Source: Candidatus Moraniibacteriota bacterium
Lineage (GTDB): Bacteria; Patescibacteriota; Minisyncoccia; Moranbacterales; UBA2206
Length of the DNA: 64,000 bases
NCBI GenBank assembly: GCA_037137555.1
Contig: JBAXKA010000001.1
Coordinates: 1,874 to 65,873, forward strand
Reading direction: 5' to 3'
The notes under the pieces are model-generated. The model searched no databases and was not told the DNA's origin. It worked only from the letters and a program-made list of their open reading frames with translations. Positions 48,860-57,470 of this stretch are shown here, one piece after another. Each line of letters opens with the position of its first letter. Position 1 is the first letter of the stretch. The position numbers and the translations under genes are program-made.

Positions 48860-51106
48860 ATGCTAAATTATATTTATCAAACAATCCTGCTTATTATTAT
48901 CCCTATGACCAAAAAGAAAATGGACAAAAAAATACCTCGATTGGAACCGCAATTTCATGATGTTTTGATTTGCAAAAAAAATAATTGTCGGCCATTTCTA
49001 GAAATATTAGTTGAAGAGCCAGAAAATATTTCTCATCAAAATCTGGGAATCCTTGTGGGTATTTTTCAAATCGATGATCATAGTGAAGATTCTTCCTATG
49101 TCGTGAACTATTTAATTTCTATCATAAAAAAGGAATATTTCTCGCATACTAATCGCGGACCAGTGGAAAATTTTGAATCAGCTTTGCACAAAGCCAATCT
49201 TGCTCTTGCCAAATTAGCCACCCATGAAAATATCAATTGGATTGGAAAAATTAATGCTCTTTGCGCTGTAATTGAAAAAAATAATCTTTTGCTTTCTCAG
49301 ACTGGCAATGCTTCAGCTTTTCTTTTGCGTGGTAATACTTTCACAGAAATTACTGAGTTACCCTCTGATGAAGAAAATTCCAATCCATTAAAAACATTTC
49401 AGGATGTTATTTCAGGAAAAATCGAAAAAAATGACAAACTTCTTTTTACCACCAAGGAACTTTTTGATATTTTCTCGCTAGAAGAAATTAAAAAAAGTGC
49501 TATTAAGTTCTCTCGCGAAAATTTTGTCCAATTCATAAACACGGCGCTTGTCAATGAACTCGACCAAGTTGCTACGCTAATTGTTGATATTGATGAAAAA
49601 AGCGAAGAAATAATCAGAAACACACCAGCACAAAAAACGAAAGAAATAAATGCTTTTAGCCAAAATGCTTTCAGGAAAGAACCTTCGCCGAAAACAAAGG
49701 CTCAAGAAAAAGTAAAAGAAGAATCTTTGAAAAAAGAACGCCAAGCCATGTTACAAGAATTGAAAAACGAAAAAAATGATTTTATTGATGAAAAAACTGG
49801 ACACATCTATATTAAAGAAGCAGAAACTGACTCATCGCAAGAAACTCCCACAGAAAAAATCGAATTTGATCCCTCCGCTTTCTTTGGCGAAAAATTTTCA
49901 ACGCTATCAATCTTAAGCATTAAGGCGCTTAAAAAAACAACAAATATTACACGAGATTTTTCACTTTCTCTTTGGCAAAAAAGTCGTTCAAGAATTACTA
50001 AAATAAAGCCTGGGACTAGTTGGATGAAAGATAAATCTATTGATGGACTCATTCTGCTCCTGCAAAAACCAACTGCTCTTTCACTTAAATTTATTATTTT
50101 CCTGAAAAAAAATTGGCGTGATTATAAGACAAGCAAATACTCAGAAATAAAACTAAAAAAAATTCTGCCTAATTTTTCTCGCCTAAAACAAATAATCAAA
50201 AATCTCAACCAAACACAAAAGCTTTCTGCCGTGGCAATATTAATTCTGCTTTTAATTGTGCCTTATTGGATTGCGAAGCTAGGAAATGTGCCCGAAAAAA
50301 AACCGGTCGTTGTCGAAGAGCTTCCGGCGATTGTTTTGCCACTCGAAAAAGATCTCAATGTTTCACGAATTGAAAAATTAAACGAAGTTTATCCAATAAC
50401 CGTTGCTAAAATTATTAATCTTAATAATAAATTTTTTGCCCTGAGTGATACGGAAATTATAGATTTAGAAAATAAAAAAAGTCTTTCAATTCCGAATGAT
50501 TTTCAAAATCCCGAATTATTCTTGGGCATGGATGACTTAAATTTAATCTTTCTAATCAAAAACAATCAAACAATTTCGCTCTCCCCCACAACTGGAAAAT
50601 TTCAAAACAATACGCTAGCACTTTCTTCTGGCGAAAAAATAATTGCTGCCAAAACTTATCTGACCTATATTTATTTACTTGATACAAATAACAGCCAACT
50701 CTATCGCGTGCCAAGAGCTGAAGGTGGTTTTGGCGAAAAAGCTTCCTGGCTTAAAGAAAAACTAGATTTATCCACTGCTACGGATTTCGTTATTAATGAA
50801 AATATTTTTATTATCAACAATCAAACTATTCTAAAATTATTTCGTGGAAAAAAACTTGATTTTTCTATCGAAAATACCGCCACAACAATTTTGCCAGATA
50901 AACTTTATGCCAAAAATACCAGCACTAATTTATATGTTCTTGATAAAGTCAACGCCAGAATAATAAAATTAGATGCTACTGGAAAAATTCTTGCTCAATA
51001 TTATAATCAAGCTATCACAACGACAACTGATTTTTCTGTGAATGAAGATGCTAATTTAGTTTATCTTTTGGATACAACTGGCGTAAAAAGTTTTGAAATG
51101 AATTAA
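48860..51106 (+). CDS. large membrane protein: N-terminal PP2C-like (apparently degenerate) domain, one TM, about 270-aa extracytoplasmic C-terminal domain
   Basis: GILVGIFQIDDH...ALCAVIEKNNLLLSQTGNASAFLLRG...NDKLLFTTKELFD follows the PP2C motif order, but the metal-binding Asp residues appear substituted. TM at LSAVAILILLLIVPYWIA. Confidence 0.45.
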   Translation: MLNYIYQTILLIIIPMTKKKMDKKIPRLEPQFHDVLICKKNNCRPFLEILVEEPENISHQNLGILVGIFQIDDHSEDSSYVVNYLISIIKKEYFSHTNRGPVENFESALHKANLALAKLATHENINWIGKINALCAVIEKNNLLLSQTGNASAFLLRGNTFTEITELPSDEENSNPLKTFQDVISGKIEKNDKLLFTTKELFDIFSLEEIKKSAIKFSRENFVQFINTALVNELDQVATLIVDIDEKSEEIIRNTPAQKTKEINAFSQNAFRKEPSPKTKAQEKVKEESLKKERQAMLQELKNEKNDFIDEKTGHIYIKEAETDSSQETPTEKIEFDPSAFFGEKFSTLSILSIKALKKTTNITRDFSLSLWQKSRSRITKIKPGTSWMKDKSIDGLILLLQKPTALSLKFIIFLKKNWRDYKTSKYSEIKLKKILPNFSRLKQIIKNLNQTQKLSAVAILILLLIVPYWIAKLGNVPEKKPVVVEELPAIVLPLEKDLNVSRIEKLNEVYPITVAKIINLNNKFFALSDTEIIDLENKKSLSIPNDFQNPELFLGMDDLNLIFLIKNNQTISLSPTTGKFQNNTLALSSGEKIIAAKTYLTYIYLLDTNNSQLYRVPRAEGGFGEKASWLKEKLDLSTATDFVINENIFIINNQTILKLFRGKKLDFSIENTATTILPDKLYAKNTSTNLYVLDKVNARIIKLDATGKILAQYYNQAITTTTDFSVNEDANLVYLLDTTGVKSFEMN

Positions 51107-51112
51107 TTACAT

Positions 51113-51964
51113 TTATATTAGATATTTTTTCAAAAGACCCTTAAAAATTTCTTGATAGTTATCAGCTAGTTTTTTCGTTGCTTCAGGACTGAGCGTTAGA
51201 TTTTTCAAATCAGCATAAATCCCTTGTGTTGCAACACCGCTCACTCGCTCAGAAAGTAAGTGCCAAAGATCAGCATAACCGCCAATTTCAATTCCCTGCT
51301 CTGTTTTTATAATTTCTTTTACTCGTGCCAGATTTGGCCAATAACCTTTTTCCAAAAACCAAATTAAATCATAAAAATCTCGTCCACGAAAATCATATTG
51401 ATTAAGAAAGATTTTTCCCTTTCTACCCAAAATTGCTCCAATTTTTCCCGCAAATAAAGTTGGGAAATCATAACTCTCCACCACAAAAAAAAGATTATTT
51501 TTCATAATAGCGGTTTTTTGAGTCGCAAAATGCTCATAATGATTATTTTCTACCTCTATTTTCAAATGCAAGAAATTTGTTTGTGCCTTATTGTCGCACA
51601 ATCCTAATTTTTCCAATATTGGAAATTTTAAAGTAATCACCTTTCCATTGGATTTAATTGATAGTTCAGCATCCGGAAAACCCATTTTTTGAAATCTTTC
51701 CAATAAATCAACAGAAAATGCCTGTGAATCAAACTCCCGTTCCAAATTATCCAAGTCCAAATCTTCCGAAAGTCTGGCGGTTTCGCCCAAAACCCGCAAT
51801 GCCGTTCCGCCAGTAAAAATCAGATTGCTCCATCTGGGTGAATTATAAATAAAATCCAGACAAGCCAAAATCATAAATTCCTTTAATTGAATTTTTATAA
51901 TCTCCCCTGACAGCCTGCCCACTTTGCCATCCCTTACAATTTCTTCTAATTTTTCTAAAATCAT
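51113..51964 (-). CDS. abiEii: AbiEii/AbiGii-family nucleotidyltransferase toxin (type IV TA, DUF1814)
   Basis: NLIFTGGTALRVLGETARLSEDLDLD matches the GGTAL...RxSxDxD signature. Confidence 0.7.
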   Translation of the reverse strand: MILEKLEEIVRDGKVGRLSGEIIKIQLKEFMILACLDFIYNSPRWSNLIFTGGTALRVLGETARLSEDLDLDNLEREFDSQAFSVDLLERFQKMGFPDAELSIKSNGKVITLKFPILEKLGLCDNKAQTNFLHLKIEVENNHYEHFATQKTAIMKNNLFFVVESYDFPTLFAGKIGAILGRKGKIFLNQYDFRGRDFYDLIWFLEKGYWPNLARVKEIIKTEQGIEIGGYADLWHLLSERVSGVATQGIYADLKNLTLSPEATKKLADNYQEIFKGLLKKYLI

Positions 51965-52590
51965 TTATGCTCAATTAATTTAATTAATTTATACACTATT
52001 TGCATTTTTTTTCCCGCAAGATTAAGATATTTTTCAAATTCCAACCAATCTTGCTTAGTAAAAACTTCAAAATTAATTCTTAAATCAAGAATATCATTCC
52101 CAGAAACAATCTTTTTTTTTCTTAATTTCAGACGCAAAAAATCAAATAGTGCCCTTGCCTTAGTTGCTTCATACCAAATCATATCTCCATACTTCTTTTT
52201 CTCAAAACCAGAAAATAACCCAGGATCAATTGAATAATAATTAAAACTACCGAATTGATTTTTGATTGTTGTTGTTTTTTTTGTAGTCATCAGTGAATAA
52301 CCAAAGACAACATCCGTGAGTGCTTGATATTCCTGCAATATAAATTCTGCACTCAAATAGCTCGGCTCAATCAATTTTGTTCCTAAAAATCTAGCATAAT
52401 AGAGAGAGTTATCACTCTTATCAATAAAATTTTTAAAAACATAAAAACCTCTTTTAACAGGCAAGAGTTCTTCTTTTTTTTGCCAATAACTAATATAATT
52501 TCGTAGCGTATTTAAATTAGGCTTATTTAAAGCCTTCCCGAGTGCAGTTTTAGAAATATAGGGCATTCGTTGTATATCCTTTTTTTCCAT
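51961..52590 (-). CDS. abiEi: AbiEi-like antitoxin/transcriptional regulator (by position and size)
   Basis: About 209 aa, immediately upstream of AbiEii with a 4-bp overlap. The N-terminus is predicted helical. Weak by sequence. Confidence 0.5.
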   Translation of the reverse strand: MEKKDIQRMPYISKTALGKALNKPNLNTLRNYISYWQKKEELLPVKRGFYVFKNFIDKSDNSLYYARFLGTKLIEPSYLSAEFILQEYQALTDVVFGYSLMTTKKTTTIKNQFGSFNYYSIDPGLFSGFEKKKYGDMIWYEATKARALFDFLRLKLRKKKIVSGNDILDLRINFEVFTKQDWLEFEKYLNLAGKKMQIVYKLIKLIEHK

Positions 52591-52814
52591 AGATACTTAT
52601 TTTTTTAGTATTTAGTGTCTTAATTATACACTATCAGCCCTATTGTGTCAATTATTTTTCCCTAGCCTTGACTTTTTCCCATTTTTATGCCAAGATATCC
52701 AGTCAATGCAATAATCGTTATTGTAACGACTTGGCTCTAAAATTCAAAGAGCTGAATGGTCGGCTCTTTGACAATTTTTATATAAATTAAAATTTAAAAA
52801 AGGGGGAACGGGCT

Positions 52815-53564
52815 ATGTTATCAGGAATTATCGCAGGATTGAAGAGTTTGTCTGGTTTCGGCGTAGAAGTTGCCGCCGATGCAGCAGTAATAAAAGGAAT
52901 CCCAGCCATATGGGGCTGGCTCAAGAAAAGTAGAGAAACGCTTTCTCCTGAGGCAAAGGAGAAATTAGACAAATTCCTTCTTAGTCCGATTAATTCGGAC
53001 GGAAGAACGAGGGAAGATGAAATGGTTTTTTCCGTTTCATTATTCACATTGCCAGGAGTGCCACAATGGATAAAAGAGCTTTTTATCAAGAAGCACGATG
53101 AGCTCTTGAATCCAGATTTATCAGGAAAGTCTCCTGATGAAATAAAAAAATTAAAAGAATGGGAGAGGAGGGCAAAGGGATTTATTTTCCTTATTGCCAC
53201 CGATCCCACGGTCAAGGAGATTGACGAAAGCAAGCGATTTGTTTTCGCCAAAAAAATATGGTATGGAATTTTTTCAGAAGTTGAAAAACTTCCAAGCGAT
53301 GACGCTCGACTCGAAAAGTTTGAGCGGGACATTTTGCTCTGGGGAAAGAATTACCAGGAAAAAATGTCCAAAGAAGAATTGCTAGAAAAAACTAGCGCCT
53401 TTTTTAAGGAAGCTGATTCCGTAATAGCAAGCGGAATCGACCTTATCTCGGGAAAAATAAATTCCCAATGGGACGAGATTGAAACGCAAAGAGTTGCACG
53501 TAAAAATCTCCCATGGAAGGGAAATGCAACCGAAAAAATATGGGGCTGGCTAATGGATTGCTAG
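52815..53564 (+). CDS. hypothetical soluble protein (first gene of a GC-richer two-gene module)
   Basis: Strong RBS AAGGGGGAA. No recognisable motif. Local GC is clearly above the window background. Confidence 0.45.
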   Translation: MLSGIIAGLKSLSGFGVEVAADAAVIKGIPAIWGWLKKSRETLSPEAKEKLDKFLLSPINSDGRTREDEMVFSVSLFTLPGVPQWIKELFIKKHDELLNPDLSGKSPDEIKKLKEWERRAKGFIFLIATDPTVKEIDESKRFVFAKKIWYGIFSEVEKLPSDDARLEKFERDILLWGKNYQEKMSKEELLEKTSAFFKEADSVIASGIDLISGKINSQWDEIETQRVARKNLPWKGNATEKIWGWLMDC

Positions 53565-53585
53565 TACCCACAATAGGAGGAAAAA

Positions 53586-54791
53586 ATGAACACGATGGGT
53601 TCATTGAGAGCGTTTTTCGCAGCTTTTCCCCGCATGGTACAAGGAGAATTGCGTGGTCTGAGGAATCTGCTTCTGCGGTTAGCAGGAGCACTTTGTTTTC
53701 TTTTTCTTTTCCAGCTGACGATGGACAGTTATATTTTTTCGTCTGTCGTAGGAATTGTTTTGTGGATATTTAGTTTTTTATGGATAGTAAATATCCGCAG
53801 GATAACAAATATGGCAATCGTCGGAGAGGCTTTTGAAGCTCTTCATATAACACCAATAACACCCGCCGAAAGATCAGCTGAAGGGGCTGCCGCAATAGTG
53901 GTCAATCCCCTCAATGATCTTTTCTGGCGGGTTTCGCTGCAACTGTTTTTTTTCATGACAGTTGCAGCGTTAGTTGTTCCGCTGTTACCATTGCGGAACA
54001 ACCCCGCGCTAGTTTTTCTTTTCCCCTTGATGCTAGTCGCTTCGGCGATTGCATTTAGGGGAGCCGTGCTCATCACGGCGAATATATTGTCCGGAATTTT
54101 CATTGCTGGACTAATCATGTTTCATTGCGGGATGTTATTTCTCCCGCAAATTCTATTAATTTTCCCATCATTCGCAACAGAGTATGTTGCGAAGTTCAGA
54201 ACGGGAAATCTCGCTGGCAGAAATGCTAGCGAGCTTGGTGAAATCGTCACAATTCGTGAGCGACAACGCCAAGAAATGGTCGCCGAGGCTATGGGAAAAG
54301 CTCGGCGATGGCAAGAACAAAATCGGGGGAAGCCTCTCCCTGTGGAAATTGAGCGAGACATAGAGGCAGCGAAGCAAGGCCTGAGTCTGGCTGAATTACA
54401 AGCCAGACTCAAGGCCGAAGCCGACGCCAAAGCGAAAGCCGAGGCGGAGGCAAAAGCCAAGGCCGAAAAAGCCGAAGCAGAAGCAAAGGCGAAAGCCCAA
54501 GCTGAAGCCAAGGCTTTGGAACTCCGCCGACAAGCTGAAAAGCTTGAGGCAGAAAAAAACAAAATAAAAACCATCAGCAATGGGTATGTTTTACGCCCTG
54601 CCGATGGTGGCGTCGTCTGCTTGACGATGCAGGCGGGCGACTGGAATGTTTTTCCAGCTAATACAAGAATGAAGGAAGCGGGTGATAAGATTCCAAGGGA
54701 AACCGGAGGGGAAATGTTCGTTTCTAGAGAAACGACCTCATGCTTTTTCCCCTCCCCTGGCACGAGGGAAATCGTGCTAACGAAAAAATAA
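53586..54791 (+). CDS. hypothetical membrane protein with a long Ala/Lys/Glu coiled-coil and a C-terminal globular region
   Basis: RBS AGGAGG. About six TM helices (residues about 25-200), then KAEADAKAKAEAEAKAKAEKAEAEAKAKAQAEAKALELRRQAEKLEAEKNK, then a 70-aa C-terminal region. Confidence 0.5.
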   Translation: MNTMGSLRAFFAAFPRMVQGELRGLRNLLLRLAGALCFLFLFQLTMDSYIFSSVVGIVLWIFSFLWIVNIRRITNMAIVGEAFEALHITPITPAERSAEGAAAIVVNPLNDLFWRVSLQLFFFMTVAALVVPLLPLRNNPALVFLFPLMLVASAIAFRGAVLITANILSGIFIAGLIMFHCGMLFLPQILLIFPSFATEYVAKFRTGNLAGRNASELGEIVTIRERQRQEMVAEAMGKARRWQEQNRGKPLPVEIERDIEAAKQGLSLAELQARLKAEADAKAKAEAEAKAKAEKAEAEAKAKAQAEAKALELRRQAEKLEAEKNKIKTISNGYVLRPADGGVVCLTMQAGDWNVFPANTRMKEAGDKIPRETGGEMFVSRETTSCFFPSPGTREIVLTKK

Positions 54792-54820
54792 ATAACTTTC
54801 AACGAAAGGAGGTGAAAAAA

Positions 54821-54850
54821 GGGCAGACTCAAAATTGAGCTGCCCTTTAA
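54821..54850 (+). terminator. rho-independent terminator (convergent genes on both sides)
   Basis: GGGCAGACTCAAAATTGAGCTGCCC followed by TTTAAAATT. Confidence 0.7.
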
Positions 54851-54880
54851 AATTGTCTATTTTTAAAACTTCTATAAATT

Positions 54881-55576
54881 TCATCTTAATAAGAAATCCA
54901 CTGTTTTAATTGCAATAAATCCAGATAACGCCACAACCAAACCAATAATCGAAGCCACCATTGTTTTCTTGGCTTTTTCAACCATCTTCTCATCCGTTGC
55001 TACTAGAAAATATTGAAATCCGGAAATTATAAATCCAATAATTGCAATAATCCCAACGATACTCAAAAGCCAATCAACAACATTAGTGAGAATACCTTTT
55101 ACTAAATCTGGATTGGCTGGTAATCCTACATCTGGAATATCTAAGTCACCTCCAGATGTTCCACTTTTTGTAGCTGAACAACTAACAGAATCACATGTTC
55201 CAGTGAGTGCACAACTCCAAGTCCATGGACCAGTCCCAGTAACAGAAGTGTTTGTTCCCGTAGAACAAAGATTAGTAGTAGGTTTACTTGTAAATGGACC
55301 AGAAGAACCGCATACACAGAGAGTTGCAGATCCACTTTTTGTAGCCGAACAATTAACGGAATCGCATACCCCAACAGCATCACAACTCCACTGCCACGGA
55401 CCAGCTCCTGTAACAGAAGTGTTATTTCCCGTAGTGCAAAGACCAGTGGTAGGCTTACTTGCGAATGGACCAGAAGAACCGCAAGTACAAGGTGCTGCCA
55501 AAACCTGCTCTGTCATCAAAAACCCACCCCCGAAAACTATCACCATCATCAAAAACAATTTCATTTTATTTTGCAT
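54881..55576 (-). CDS. secreted protein with two tandem about 55-aa Cys-containing repeats and a C-terminal VirB2/TrbC-like (T4SS-pilin-like) hydrophobic module
   Basis: Internal repeat C(T/V)CGSSGPF(A/T)SKPTT(G/N)LC(T/S)TG(N/T)NTSVTG(A/T)GPW(Q/T)WSC...CDSV(N/S)CSATKSG occurs twice. C-terminus VVDWLLSIVGIIAIIGFIISGFQYFLVATDEKMVEKAKKTMVASIIGLVVAL. Confidence 0.5.
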   Translation of the reverse strand: MQNKMKLFLMMVIVFGGGFLMTEQVLAAPCTCGSSGPFASKPTTGLCTTGNNTSVTGAGPWQWSCDAVGVCDSVNCSATKSGSATLCVCGSSGPFTSKPTTNLCSTGTNTSVTGTGPWTWSCALTGTCDSVSCSATKSGTSGGDLDIPDVGLPANPDLVKGILTNVVDWLLSIVGIIAIIGFIISGFQYFLVATDEKMVEKAKKTMVASIIGLVVALSGFIAIKTVDFLLR

Positions 55577-56414
55577 ATTTTTTTATTTTAAAATTTTTAA
55601 CATGTAACATTTTTGCGTTTTTACTTGTGAGCACTTTTTTACCAGTTTCACTTTCAATATCTTTGCGTGCATTCCCCGCTATTCCTCCACCAACGCGTGC
55701 CACGATTTCATTTTCAGCTAAATTTTTCGGCTCGCGTTTTTTGGAAATTTCCATCGTTGCAGTTTCTGCCAGCATATTCAAAACCAATTCCATATTGGTC
55801 ATATTATCTCGCAAATTTTCTTTTTTGAGATTTTTTAAATTTTTATACTCCTTGGTTGTGAGTCCTGTCCACGCCTGAGTAATTTCATTCGTCAAAATAG
55901 CAAATTCCAAACCTTCTTTCACTCCGCGTTTTTCCCACTCATCAGTCAAAGTTTTTCTGATTTCAATACTTTTTAATCTTTGATTAACCCAGTTTTGACT
56001 GTAGCCTTTTTGTAAATAAGTTTTCAACGCACGATCAATCGCTAATTCCGGATCGGCTGTTTCTTCCAGTCTTTCATAGCCCACCCGTGCAAGCCAAAGC
56101 TTGAATGGCTCAGCGTTTGGTGAAGGAATTGATTGGATGAGCCGAAGCATAACTTCAGTGTCCACAGTATCAGTCAAATATAACTTGCCATCGCTAGCCA
56201 ACATTTTCAGTTGGTTACATTTTGTAACCAACTCACTTCCCTCAGTTTTTAAGCGGCTCTTAAACACTTTCCAGTAATTTCTAGGGTCAGTACTTTTAGT
56301 CAGCACTCCTATGACATCAACCACTGAAAAATACCACAACTCTTTTTCCGCATCCCAATGACGACGAATTTGACTGCCTTCGAAAATTGCAACTGTTTTA
56401 ATTTTTTTTTGCAT
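55566..56414 (-). CDS. DinD-like (DNA-damage-inducible protein D) / Bro-N domain protein
   Basis: N-terminus FEGSQIRRHWDAEKELWYFSVVDVIGVLT (Bro-N-like), with middle and C-terminal regions aligning by eye to E. coli DinD (recalled from memory). Confidence 0.55.
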   Translation of the reverse strand: MQKKIKTVAIFEGSQIRRHWDAEKELWYFSVVDVIGVLTKSTDPRNYWKVFKSRLKTEGSELVTKCNQLKMLASDGKLYLTDTVDTEVMLRLIQSIPSPNAEPFKLWLARVGYERLEETADPELAIDRALKTYLQKGYSQNWVNQRLKSIEIRKTLTDEWEKRGVKEGLEFAILTNEITQAWTGLTTKEYKNLKNLKKENLRDNMTNMELVLNMLAETATMEISKKREPKNLAENEIVARVGGGIAGNARKDIESETGKKVLTSKNAKMLHVKNFKIKKYAK

Positions 56415-56567
56415 ATTTTCTTATTTTAAATTTTTAATAATTATTTTTATATTTTTAGTATAGCATAAATAAAAAAAATTAACCAAGCAAAAAAGTATTA
56501 CTTTTTATATACCATAGTATATTAAATAACCTATTTTTTTCAATATTTCAAAAATAATTCCCACAAA

Positions 56568-56948
56568 CTAGATACCTCCCTGTCCAGTCAATAAGGCGTC
56601 CGCCGCATAAATTATCACTAATCCGGAAATTGCCACAACAACACCGAGGATAGAATTAACCATGGCTTTTTTGGCTAGCTTGATCTGTTCCTCCTGTCCA
56701 GCTGATGTGAGATACATTATGCCAGCAATTGCAAAACCAATCACACCAACAATTCCCACGATTCTTAATAACCAATTCAATACACCAGTAAGAATATCGC
56801 TGATAGTTGCACTTGATAGGCCAGTGTTGGTCATAGCACCAGGATCCCATCCTGTTGCCATCGCTATTTCCCCGAAAACAAATAAACCGATTACACTCAA
56901 TCCCACAACTGAAAAAACTTTTTTTATGCTTGTTTTTTTTCTTTGCAT
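56568..56948 (-). CDS. VirB2/TrbC-like (T4SS-pilin-like) small membrane protein, paralogue A
   Basis: Signal/TM, then ISDILTGVLNWLLRIVGIVGVIGFAIAGIMYLTSAGQEEQIKLAKKAMVNSILGVVVAISGLVII. Confidence 0.55.
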   Translation of the reverse strand: MQRKKTSIKKVFSVVGLSVIGLFVFGEIAMATGWDPGAMTNTGLSSATISDILTGVLNWLLRIVGIVGVIGFAIAGIMYLTSAGQEEQIKLAKKAMVNSILGVVVAISGLVIIYAADALLTGQGGI

Positions 56949-57059
56949 TGTATTTATTTTAAATTATTAATTACACTAAAATTATAGCACAAATCTAAAA
57001 ATAAAAACAATCCCAATAAATTGGAACTGTTTTTATTTAAACTAACAAAAATATTTTTA

Positions 57060-57431
57060 CTAGAATGTTCCCGTTCCTTTGAGCATTGCGTTTGCTGCGC
57101 TAAGTGCCACAACACCAACTAATGCCACAATTACTCCAATAATAGAATTAACCATTGCGCGCTTAGCAGCCTTGATTCTGTCTTCGTCTCCCGCTGCTGT
57201 AAGATAGAGAATTCCAGAAATCGCAAAACCAATCACACCAGCAATTCCCACTGCGGTCAAAAGCCACTTCATGATACCAGTTACAATTTCCATCAATGAT
57301 CCTCCTGGAAGATTCGTTCCTCCGCCTGCTGTTGGATCGAAAGCTCCCGTAACGGCACCAAAAACCACAGCTGGCAAAGTCAATGCCAAGAGTGAAGCTC
57401 CGTATGTCAATCCTTTAATTTTATTTTTCAT
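57060..57431 (-). CDS. VirB2/TrbC-like (T4SS-pilin-like) small membrane protein, paralogue B
   Basis: LMEIVTGIMKWLLTAVGIAGVIGFAISGILYLTAAGDEDRIKAAKRAMVNSIIGVIVALVGVVAL, about 60% identical to paralogue A. Confidence 0.55.
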   Translation of the reverse strand: MKNKIKGLTYGASLLALTLPAVVFGAVTGAFDPTAGGGTNLPGGSLMEIVTGIMKWLLTAVGIAGVIGFAISGILYLTAAGDEDRIKAAKRAMVNSIIGVIVALVGVVALSAANAMLKGTGTF

Positions 57432-57470
57432 GAAAACACCTCCTTCTATTTTTATTTTTTATTTTCAAAT

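Noticed and set aside
52787-53332. 181-aa minus-strand ORF. A similar one occurs at 54122-54832 (236 aa, minus strand).
   Set aside because: Both are antisense to the strongly RBS-led plus-strand genes. They have Ser/Ala/Phe-rich low-complexity translations typical of open antisense frames in GC-richer DNA.
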